From the NCBI GenBank assembly GCA_964453605.1, contig CAYVOI010000001.1, positions 548,095-612,094 of the forward strand: DNA of 64,000 nt, given 5' to 3'. Shown here one piece after another: positions 56,338 through 64,000 of this stretch (the first letter of the stretch is position 1; each line of letters starts with the position of its first letter). The DNA comes from an uncultured Gammaproteobacteria bacterium. Lineage in GTDB: Bacteria; Patescibacteriota; Patescibacteriia; Veblenbacterales; UBA10138. Made by a program: the position numbers and the translations under genes. Below the pieces are notes generated by a model. It did no database searches, was not told where the DNA came from, and saw only the letters and a list, made by a program, of their open reading frames with translations.

Positions 56338-57834
56338 CTAGCGGATAGTAATAATAGGCATGCGCTCTTGTGCTTTAAGCCCTAAGGTCAGCCGCGCTTG
56401 GGTAGGTGCGTAGAGCGTAAAAAGTTTGGCGCCCTTAGCCACGCGCTCACCAAAGCGCACGTGCAGGTGCAACCCGGCAATTTTCTCGTGCGGCGCCCCG
56501 AGGTTCATGCAGACTTCGTTAATAGCTTTGTCATCTACCACCACCACACTACCTGGTTTGTCGGCGTGAATTTCGTAGCGGTAAGCGCCAGTGGCGACGG
56601 CTTCAGCGTCTAGGTTCGGGTTACCACCCTGCGCTGCGATAATTTGCTGCATCTTATGCCACGCCGCACCGCTCTCGAGCTGCCGGCGAGCCAGACGCTC
56701 ACCTTCACCACGCTTACAAAACCCTTTAAGCTCCAACAGCTCACCTGCCAAGTACACGCTCTTGTCTTCCAAATCTTGCGGCAGTAGGCTTTTCCGCTGC
56801 AACACCCTGAGCACGTCCCTAGCCTCGAGCGCCGGGCCAACGCCCCGCCCCACCGGCTCACGCGCTAACGTTTTTATCACCTTCACCTTCATACCAAACT
56901 TCCGGCCCAGGTACACAAACTTGCTCTCGAGCTGGTCGGCAGTTTTTGCCGAGCCAATTTTGGCAGTTGAACCAATAGGCATGTCTATCACGAGGTAATC
57001 CACCCCCATGGCTACCTTTTTCGCCATAATAGAAACTATCATCTTGTCATAGGGCTCGAGCGCCAGAGGCCTGGACAGCTTGATGATGCGGTCGTCGGCT
57101 GGCGCGATGGAGAGCCCACCACCCCACACCAAGCAAGCACCAGTCTTTTTGACAATGGAGCGAATCTCTGACATGGAAAACGTCACCGGGGCCAGCACCT
57201 CCATGGTGTCAGCGGTTCCGGCCGGGCTGGTTATGGCCCGGGAAGAGGTCTTGGGCATGGTGAGGCCCAAAGAGGCGATGATAGGGGTGACTATCATGGT
57301 AGTGCGGTTACCGGGCACACCACCCACCGAGTGCTTATCCACTACCTCTGTTTTCAAATTCATCTGCTCCCCGGTTTCAGCAATCGCTTTGGAGAGGTAG
57401 TAGAGCTCCTGGTCAGTGTTCGGCTTCACAAACCCCGAGGCGACGTAGTACGTCATCTCCACCGGGGAGAGACGGTTCTCCACAATATCAACAATAATAG
57501 AGCGGACTTCGTCGTAGCTTAGCTCCTTGCCTAGGAGCTTCTTCTTAATAGCTTGAATGGACGGCGGCCGCGACAGCTGTTTGAGCTCAACCAGCAGGTC
57601 GCTCTTGAGCTTAGCCGGTTGCCAAACCTCACGCCACAAGCCAACTTCACCCCTGGCTACCCGCGAGTGTGACAGCTCAGCCGCCGCCACCGTACTCTTA
57701 CCCCCGGCCCAAGACAGCTCCACCCGGTCGCCGGCTTGAACGCCAAACGCTTCCGCCTCAGTCTCGTTCAAAACCACGAGCGGCTCACCGCCAGATGAGA
57801 GATCAAGTTTTCTAGTTTTAAGAAAAATGGGCAT
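56338..57834 (-). CDS. AMP phosphorylase (thymidine phosphorylase family, archaeal type)
   Basis: N-terminal double-psi-like extension; DKHSVGGVPGNRTT, PKTSSRAITSPAGTADTME and GPALEARD. Confidence 0.92.
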   Translation of the reverse strand: MPIFLKTRKLDLSSGGEPLVVLNETEAEAFGVQAGDRVELSWAGGKSTVAAAELSHSRVARGEVGLWREVWQPAKLKSDLLVELKQLSRPPSIQAIKKKLLGKELSYDEVRSIIVDIVENRLSPVEMTYYVASGFVKPNTDQELYYLSKAIAETGEQMNLKTEVVDKHSVGGVPGNRTTMIVTPIIASLGLTMPKTSSRAITSPAGTADTMEVLAPVTFSMSEIRSIVKKTGACLVWGGGLSIAPADDRIIKLSRPLALEPYDKMIVSIMAKKVAMGVDYLVIDMPIGSTAKIGSAKTADQLESKFVYLGRKFGMKVKVIKTLAREPVGRGVGPALEARDVLRVLQRKSLLPQDLEDKSVYLAGELLELKGFCKRGEGERLARRQLESGAAWHKMQQIIAAQGGNPNLDAEAVATGAYRYEIHADKPGSVVVVDDKAINEVCMNLGAPHEKIAGLHLHVRFGERVAKGAKLFTLYAPTQARLTLGLKAQERMPIITIR

Positions 57835-58772
57835 TAGCGGGTGGTAATCCAGGGGTAGCGTTTTCTGACTAAGCCCGCGACCTGGCTTGGTTTAATGACA
57901 CCAAACTCAGTGATAAGACCAGTCATGTAGCGCGCTGGTACCTTATCAAATGCGAAATTGAGTGCTTTAGCACCGCGCGGTGCGTGCGGCCAAAGTTCTT
58001 TGGGGGACCTGAGCTCAAACGTGCTCTCGCCTCGCCAGTCAACTTTAAGCAGTGGCGCGGCCACGTACACGGGTACCCTTGAATCGTAGGCGGCGAGCGC
58101 CATACCAAAGCTACCAATCTTATTCAAGACTGAGCCGTCGCGGGCAATACTGTCGGCCCCGAGGAGCACCCAAGAAACTTTAACACCATCCCCCGAGTGG
58201 TTAGAGATCAAAAACGCCGCCGCACTATCGACGACCATAACCGTGGGTACATGAGCTTTACGCAAGCGTTTGTCGGTAATACGCCCCTGCAACAGTGGCC
58301 GGGTTTCGGTGTGGTAGACCCTAAAACGTTTACCGGCTCGGTGCGCATCAGCCAAAACGTGCTCAGCCAGCGACGAGTGGCAGTGGGTAAAAATGGTTTG
58401 CCCCCGGCGCACGAGCCGCTCCCCTGCTTTCACGACCAGACCGTTGGCCTCCCCGAGGTACTCAGCAAGTGCACACTCAAGGTGGTGCACGAGCTCACGC
58501 CAGGCAGTAGCTGAGCTACCACGTGTGGCGTAGTTACGCAATTCACTCACCAACCAACGAGACAAGTTGCGCGCCAAGGGCTCTGTAGGACGCACCGTCG
58601 AAAGCTCCCTTGCCACCGCGCTCAAGCGCGCCCAGTCGCGGCGACTCGCAGGTGGCGGGAGTGAACGTGCAAAGCGCGCCAGCTCATGAAGGGTGGCAGT
58701 AGCTGCCGCCGTCGCACCTTGAATACGAACACTGCGTACGTTGTACTTGAAACGTCTACGAGAGGTACTCAT
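57834..58772 (-). CDS. Ribose-1,5-bisphosphate isomerase (eIF-2B family)
   Basis: IQGA, RPTEP, THCHS, ETRP..QG, GADS, NKIGS and NFAFD. Confidence 0.85.
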   Translation of the reverse strand: MSTSRRRFKYNVRSVRIQGATAAATATLHELARFARSLPPPASRRDWARLSAVARELSTVRPTEPLARNLSRWLVSELRNYATRGSSATAWRELVHHLECALAEYLGEANGLVVKAGERLVRRGQTIFTHCHSSLAEHVLADAHRAGKRFRVYHTETRPLLQGRITDKRLRKAHVPTVMVVDSAAAFLISNHSGDGVKVSWVLLGADSIARDGSVLNKIGSFGMALAAYDSRVPVYVAAPLLKVDWRGESTFELRSPKELWPHAPRGAKALNFAFDKVPARYMTGLITEFGVIKPSQVAGLVRKRYPWITTR

Positions 58773-58778
58773 GGTGTA

Positions 58779-60689
58779 CTAGCTATCAAACTTCACCACC
58801 TGCCCAGGCCTCAAGGGCCGGGGCCCGGGCGGCGAGGAGGGCACTGGAGCTTGGTGGAGTGGCGCCCTAGGGTCTGGCCGACGAGCACCACCATTAAAAG
58901 AAACGGGGGCTTGTTTCAAGGCTTCGGTCAGGGAAATGCTTGGTGGGGGCGCAGGTACCGCGGGATCGGGAATGTGGACAGTTGGTTTTGGTTGAGCTAC
59001 AGCTGGTTGCGGCGAAGACTGCTGATCAGGTTGTACCGGCGGTGGTAAGGTAGCAGCACTAGACTCTACCAGAGACGCCTCAGCTGGCGCGGCAGGGGTC
59101 TGTGGTACCTCCGTCACCACCAAGCGAGGTTTGGGCTTAGGCACCAGGCCCTGCCTGACACGCTTCATGTCTTCTTTGCAGTACACGGGCCTGATGCCGT
59201 CAGGCTTGAACGGCAGCTGGACTTTACGGCCACAGACCCAGCAATTGGCCTCGAACAAATCACGAATCGGGTTTACCACGTTGAGGCGAGAAGGTTCAGC
59301 CAACTCTGCTCCCCGCTGGCGGAATGACCGCGGCACCGCACGGTAGGTGGCCTCCTCTGGGTCTAAGCTGCGCGAGTCCTCACTGGCGTTACCTTTGAAC
59401 ACGTCTTCCACGCCGGCCCAGCGCAAAATTTTCTCCTCCACGGCGGCACGGTTTTTGGCGTAGCGCTCGCGCGACACGCGAATCACCTTGTCACGGTTGT
59501 TAGTGCGTACACTAACCGGTGGCAGTGTAGTGGCGCTGAAGGGCGCGCTCGTGACGCCGTCTACCATGAGCTTCAGGTAAATGTGGTAGTTGGGCAGGCT
59601 CACCAGGTCAGCCTGGGTAAAGGTAGGGTCAAACTCCGTTTCCAAGAACTCGGCGTCCTCAGCTCCCACGCGGAACACCACCATAGTACCGACGTTGCCA
59701 AACACCGCCGCCTTGACCACGTCCCCCAGCTGCTCAATGTACTGGTGGGCAATAATGAGGTCCAGGCGGTACTTGCGGGCCTCGGACAAAATAGTGGCAA
59801 AGCTCTCGGTGGCAAAGTTTTGAAACTCGTCCACGTAGAGCATAAAGTCAGCGCGCTCTTCCTCTGGTGTGTCGATACGGCTCATGGCAGCCAGCTGCAG
59901 CTTGGTTATCATCATGGCCCCGAGTAGCGCCGAGTTGTCCTCGCCCACCCTGCCCTTACTAAGGTCCATCAGAAGTATTTTGTGGCCGTCGATAATTTCC
60001 CTAAGGTCGAGTGTGGACTTGGGCTGACCAACGATGTTGCGAATAATGGAGGAGGAGAGGAACTGCCCAATTTTGTTCTGAATAGGCGAAATGGCTTCGG
60101 TGCGGAACTTTTCGTTGTAGTTGTCGTACTCATCTATCCAGAAGCTCCTAACCACCGGGTCAGAAACTTTTTCCAAAACCTTCTTGCGGTAGTACTTATC
60201 AACTAATATGCGCGTGATGCCGAGGAGGGTGGAGCCTGGGTACTCGAGCAGCGACAGAATGGCGTTGCGGAGAATGTACTCTAGGCGCGGCCCCCAGGAA
60301 TCGGCCCAAATTTTCTTAAACACGCCAATCAGGCCCGACGCCACCAGGTGGCGGTACTTGGGGTCTACCGACTCCAGCGGGTTGAAGGCTACCGGGTAGT
60401 CAACGTCGGAGGGGTTAAAGTACACCACCTCGTTCACGCGGTGGGAGGGAATGATGTCTAAAATTTTCTCCACTAGGTCGCCGTGGGGGTCAGCCACGGC
60501 CACGCCGAACCCAGCCCGAATGTCGCTCGCGATCATGTTCTCGAGCAAGACCGATTTGCCAGCGCCAGACTTACCGATGATGTACATGTGGCGCCGGCGG
60601 TCGTCGAGCTTGATGCCGAACTTCCGGGAACTGTTCCGGAAATTAGTGACCGCAAAGGGGGTGATGGTGTAGCGAGGTAAGGTGTCCAT
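58779..60689 (-). CDS. VirD4/TraG-HerA-like P-loop ATPase with C-terminal CxxC-x17-type zinc ribbon
   Basis: DRRRH.YIIGKSGAGKS, DPHGD, LYVDEFQNF and LSEARKY; CWVC...LPFKPDG.RPVYC. Confidence 0.9.
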   Translation of the reverse strand: MDTLPRYTITPFAVTNFRNSSRKFGIKLDDRRRHMYIIGKSGAGKSVLLENMIASDIRAGFGVAVADPHGDLVEKILDIIPSHRVNEVVYFNPSDVDYPVAFNPLESVDPKYRHLVASGLIGVFKKIWADSWGPRLEYILRNAILSLLEYPGSTLLGITRILVDKYYRKKVLEKVSDPVVRSFWIDEYDNYNEKFRTEAISPIQNKIGQFLSSSIIRNIVGQPKSTLDLREIIDGHKILLMDLSKGRVGEDNSALLGAMMITKLQLAAMSRIDTPEEERADFMLYVDEFQNFATESFATILSEARKYRLDLIIAHQYIEQLGDVVKAAVFGNVGTMVVFRVGAEDAEFLETEFDPTFTQADLVSLPNYHIYLKLMVDGVTSAPFSATTLPPVSVRTNNRDKVIRVSRERYAKNRAAVEEKILRWAGVEDVFKGNASEDSRSLDPEEATYRAVPRSFRQRGAELAEPSRLNVVNPIRDLFEANCWVCGRKVQLPFKPDGIRPVYCKEDMKRVRQGLVPKPKPRLVVTEVPQTPAAPAEASLVESSAATLPPPVQPDQQSSPQPAVAQPKPTVHIPDPAVPAPPPSISLTEALKQAPVSFNGGARRPDPRAPLHQAPVPSSPPGPRPLRPGQVVKFDS

Positions 60690-60695
60690 AGCAGC

Positions 60696-62117
60696 TTACT
60701 CTAGGAACGGCAGGTTGCCAGGGGGGGCGCCCTTAGCCTCCTCCGCGCTGACCTGCGGTTCAGGGGCGCTCACCGGCCTCAGGTACCCCCTGCCCATGAC
60801 CGGCAGCACGAAGGGTGGCTCAGCCTTCTTGACCTCAGTCTTCTTTACGAGCGGCGCCTTAACTGTTACCACCGGGAAGTGGTACATGGTGGCGAGCTCC
60901 TCGGTGTTAAGTATGACGCCGTGGCCAAGCCCGCGGTGCGTGCTGCGCGCTTTGAACGAGCGCAAGATGCTGCGCCGCTTATGGTCGAGCCGTGACTGTT
61001 TAAAGAAGTAGGCCACTTGGGTAGTTACGCGCTTGCCTGGTTTCCACTCGTTGAGGTTGTGGGTGCTGAACTGTTGAATCGCTCCCACTACGGCAGAAAC
61101 CCCCCTACCCTTCAGGAACGTTTCGCGTCGGCCCCAGTAGACCAGGCGGAACTTGGTCAGGAACCCAATCTTAGACGCCTTGCGTTCGATGGCTTCCACA
61201 ATGGTACGCTCGCCTGGCGTAAGCTTCATAACCTCGCTCACCAGCTCCTGTTGTTCAGACTCAGACAGGCCGCTGTACCCCGCGCACCAGGTGGGTTCAA
61301 TAATACCGGCAAAGAGAATTTCAACTATGGTGCAGAGGGTTTGGGTGGGCAGCTCAACAAACAAAAAGTAGAGTATACCATGCGACGAACCATGTTCGCG
61401 CTTAACCAAACGTTGTACCTCGGCCAGAGAGCGTTCGGTCCAGGCGCCCTTGACCGGCGTCAGCACCCACTGCAGCCAAATGTCCTCATCAGCGCCGATC
61501 CGACCCAACACCTCGAGCAACGAGGCCATGGGGTCTTTAAAATCACCGCTCAAGGTGTGCTCAAAATCGGGGTAGGTGCGAATGGGGTAAACGTCTTTCT
61601 TCACCAGCTGAAACTCAGTCCCCCACAGGTCGTGGGTTTCGGTATCGAAGTTCGAGGGCAGGCGCCCGACGTAATCCTCCACCGCCGTTATTTCGGCATC
61701 GGGGTACTGGGCGTAAATAGCTGCCTCCAGCAGGTCGCGCCAGTACACGGGTGTGCGCACCAGGTACTGAATGTAGCCGCCCAAAGATACGAGCTCAAAG
61801 CTAATTGATTCCTGATGCTTGCCATGCCAAAACCTATCCCATAGGGTGAAGCTATTGTACGCCCCCGACACGGTGGAAAAAATCTGCTCCACGGCCTGCG
61901 GCGACTGTTCGGTCTCGCGTGGTACGTCGATGGCTAGCAGTACGTACTCCAAGCTGTGGAGGAACTTGTGCCGCCTCGAGTTCACCCAGGCGGTCCAGGC
62001 CGCCCACAAGAACACGAACACCACCACCACCCAGCCACCATGCACCAACGCCCACCACGCAAAGGCCCAGGGGCTGTCGCTGGGGATACCAGTGAAATCA
62101 AGGCTCAGCTCAAACAT
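60696..62117 (-). CDS. Conserved membrane-anchored partner of the VirD4-like ATPase
   Basis: N-terminal TM; ISFELV, IYAQYPDAEI, YPIRTY, DPM and LNTEELATMYHFP. Confidence 0.75.
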   Translation of the reverse strand: MFELSLDFTGIPSDSPWAFAWWALVHGGWVVVVFVFLWAAWTAWVNSRRHKFLHSLEYVLLAIDVPRETEQSPQAVEQIFSTVSGAYNSFTLWDRFWHGKHQESISFELVSLGGYIQYLVRTPVYWRDLLEAAIYAQYPDAEITAVEDYVGRLPSNFDTETHDLWGTEFQLVKKDVYPIRTYPDFEHTLSGDFKDPMASLLEVLGRIGADEDIWLQWVLTPVKGAWTERSLAEVQRLVKREHGSSHGILYFLFVELPTQTLCTIVEILFAGIIEPTWCAGYSGLSESEQQELVSEVMKLTPGERTIVEAIERKASKIGFLTKFRLVYWGRRETFLKGRGVSAVVGAIQQFSTHNLNEWKPGKRVTTQVAYFFKQSRLDHKRRSILRSFKARSTHRGLGHGVILNTEELATMYHFPVVTVKAPLVKKTEVKKAEPPFVLPVMGRGYLRPVSAPEPQVSAEEAKGAPPGNLPFLE

Positions 62118-62120
62118 AGC

Positions 62121-63245
62121 TTAGGCGGCAGTGCGGGCTACGGTGTACCGACCGTCGGGCAGGCGCTCAAAGCGCTTACGGTTAGTAAGCGCCAAGTGGA
62201 TGGTCCCCGGCTTGACCACACGTTGCTTCAGGAGCTCGGCCACCAGCTCATCGCGGTGCATCGGTGCACCGCGCTGCTCGAGTATGCTCAGCAACACATC
62301 AGCCACTACGCCTGGACGGTAGCCCCACTCCTGTAGAGCGTAGATGCCCCTCCCCACCAGCACGTACTTCTTGTCCATGATGAGTTCGTTGTGCACCGTC
62401 GGTGGGTAGGCTACCTTGTGGTCGAACTTGGCTTCGTTAATAAGGCGCGTAATGTCCCTAAAGTGCAGCGGCTTAGCCTGCTTTTTTAAAACGAGGTAGA
62501 TTTTGTCGTTCATGCGTTTCGGGTTCACCGTTTCCCAGTGCCCCAAACCCCACTCACCAAAGGTGTTCCTCCTCACCTGACGGCTAATGGCGAGTAACCC
62601 CAACAGGACCCGGCCGTCGGCCAAGGTGCCACCCAGGGGCCCTGCCAGGTTAGCCCGGCTGAGCTCAGCTGCCAGCTCAGCCTCAGGCACGGGGGTTCCT
62701 CGTGCGCTAATGAGGTCTTGGGTGTGGGTAATCAGCTTATGTAGCGCGTCGAGCGAAGCACTACGCAAACGCCAGCTTGAGTGGTACTCAGTATCTTCGC
62801 CACCAAACTCCACTACCACGTCGGTGAGCAACTGCTCCAGGTAGAACCCAATGACGTGTTTGTTCTTAGTGTCCCCGGCTTCGAGCAAGAGCTCGACCAA
62901 GTGTTCGTCAGTCGCGGCGCCGCCTTCAGCTTCTAACAGCTCTAAGACCACCTGTCGTACCGGGCCGATGGTGTCTTGGTTGGCCTTACCCTGGGTAAGC
63001 TTCTGCACGCTGAGGCGCTGTATCTGGCGTATGCGTTCACGGGTTACCTGGAGTGTAGCCCCGATGCTCTCCAACGTTTCTGGTTCAGCACCCGTGAGGC
63101 CAAACCTGCGTTCCAAAATCTGGCGCTCGCGTTCACCAATGGTTTCCAAGAGCTGCCGCAGGGCCGCTTGTGGCAAAAAGTGCTCGCGGTGCGAAACCTG
63201 TTGGGTGGAAATGATTTTATCAAGTATAGACTCTTGCTCTGTCAT
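62121..63245 (-). CDS. Sigma70 region-4-like HTH fused to C-terminal winged-helix (HARE-HTH/delta-like) domains
   Basis: ERERQIL.RRFGL....TLESIG....VTRERIRQI; YLVLK...KPLHF..I; VLVGRGIYAL.EWG. Confidence 0.8.
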   Translation of the reverse strand: MTEQESILDKIISTQQVSHREHFLPQAALRQLLETIGERERQILERRFGLTGAEPETLESIGATLQVTRERIRQIQRLSVQKLTQGKANQDTIGPVRQVVLELLEAEGGAATDEHLVELLLEAGDTKNKHVIGFYLEQLLTDVVVEFGGEDTEYHSSWRLRSASLDALHKLITHTQDLISARGTPVPEAELAAELSRANLAGPLGGTLADGRVLLGLLAISRQVRRNTFGEWGLGHWETVNPKRMNDKIYLVLKKQAKPLHFRDITRLINEAKFDHKVAYPPTVHNELIMDKKYVLVGRGIYALQEWGYRPGVVADVLLSILEQRGAPMHRDELVAELLKQRVVKPGTIHLALTNRKRFERLPDGRYTVARTAA

Positions 63246-63293
63246 AGATGTCTGTATAGACAGGCTTAAAATACTATGGGCTACTATATATTT

Positions 63294-63322
63294 AGTATAT
63301 CATAATTACCAATTTCTGTCAA
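63294..63322 (-). promoter_or_regulatory. Near-consensus sigma70 promoter with AT-rich upstream tract
   Basis: TTGACA-17-TATACT with an extended TG; A/T tract at 63323-63343. Confidence 0.75.
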
Positions 63323-63382
63323 TAGAAAAATAATAAAACAAACACCGGCTATTCTAAACCGGTTTAAACCTAATTCTAAAAC

Positions 63383-64000
63383 CTACTTCTTCGCCTTAGC
63401 GGCCCCGGGGTTCGACCAGTAGTTCCAGTCCACAATGAGAGGGCTGGCTACAAAGATAGACGAGTACGTACCGATAGCAATACCGACCAAGAGCGCTAAC
63501 GTGAAGTGTTTAATGGTATCACCACCAAACAGGTAGAGCGCGGTCAGCACGAGGAGGGTGGTGAACGAGGTGTTGATAGAGCGAACAATAGTTTGGTTAA
63601 CGCTCTGGTTTACTACTTCCTCAAAGCTCCCGCTGGTCCCCCGGAACAAGTTCTCGCGCGTGCGGTCGAACACCACAATGGTATCGTGCACCGAAAAACC
63701 TAAGACGGTGAGTACGGCAGAAACAAACAGTGCATCCACCTCCACGCCGTAGAAGTGCCCCAGCGCGCTGAACACGCCAATAGTTATGAGCACGTCGTGG
63801 ATTAATGCCACCACCGCCACGACGCCGTACTTCCACGACGCCACCGGCCGTGACACTTTCCGGAAGGCCCACGCAATGTAAGAGACAATGAAGAACAGGG
63901 CTAGCGCAATGGACCACAGCGAGCGCGACTTGAGCTCGGCGCCAATAACTGGCCCCACAGACTCAAACCTAAGTTCACTTACCTCTCCCCCGCCACTGGC
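63383..64000 (-). CDS. secF: Protein translocase subunit SecF, 5'-truncated by window edge
   Basis: VGPVIG.EL, ALIHDV, GFSVHDTIVVFDR.REN, RSINTS and GTYSSIFVASP. Confidence 0.96.
   Translation of the reverse strand, partial: ASGGGEVSELRFESVGPVIGAELKSRSLWSIALALFFIVSYIAWAFRKVSRPVASWKYGVVAVVALIHDVLITIGVFSALGHFYGVEVDALFVSAVLTVLGFSVHDTIVVFDRTRENLFRGTSGSFEEVVNQSVNQTIVRSINTSFTTLLVLTALYLFGGDTIKHFTLALLVGIAIGTYSSIFVASPLIVDWNYWSNPGAAKAKK

Noticed and set aside
58779-60689. Conjugative element
   Set aside because: No relaxase, VirB components or element boundaries in the window.

Overview
This is a chromosomal segment, most likely from a Patescibacteria/CPR (Parcubacteria-like) bacterium. That assignment is inferred from the truncated AlaRS, the AMP phosphorylase/R15P isomerase pair, the stand-alone PaaX/Cas2-like gene and the mostly SD-less starts. 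Almost all genes are on the minus strand. In order: M23 peptidase (partial), pseudo-receiver, a Xer recombinase with an adjacent dif-like site, a CxxC-x17-CxxC protein, two GT4 glycosyltransferases and a flippase, and an OmpR-type two-component pair. Next come the infA-rpmJ-rpsM-rpsK-rpsD-rpoA-rplQ-rplM-rpsI operon, alaS and mnmA. A ~23 kb surface-protein island follows (sortase, three giant Ig-like adhesins, a collagen-like protein), then the PaaX/Cas2-like gene bracketed by twin palindromes and a type IV pilus cluster. The window ends with CAP and other secreted proteins, SPFH, ferredoxin, EamA, AMP-pathway genes, a VirD4/HerA-like ATPase with its partner, a sigma4/HTH protein and secF (partial). 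The most notable observations are: (1) the palindrome-bracketed wHTH-Cas2-like cassette; (2) a 40-bp in-frame palindrome inside a prepilin leader that duplicates the G|FT motif; (3) an RNAP alpha subunit whose CTD is replaced by an AT-hook-like tail; (4) a sortase with Ser in place of the catalytic Cys, next to an LPRTG substrate; (5) a dif-like site next to xer; and (6) shared promoter/operator motifs in front of the adhesins. All calls come from reading the sequence by eye; no database searches were run.
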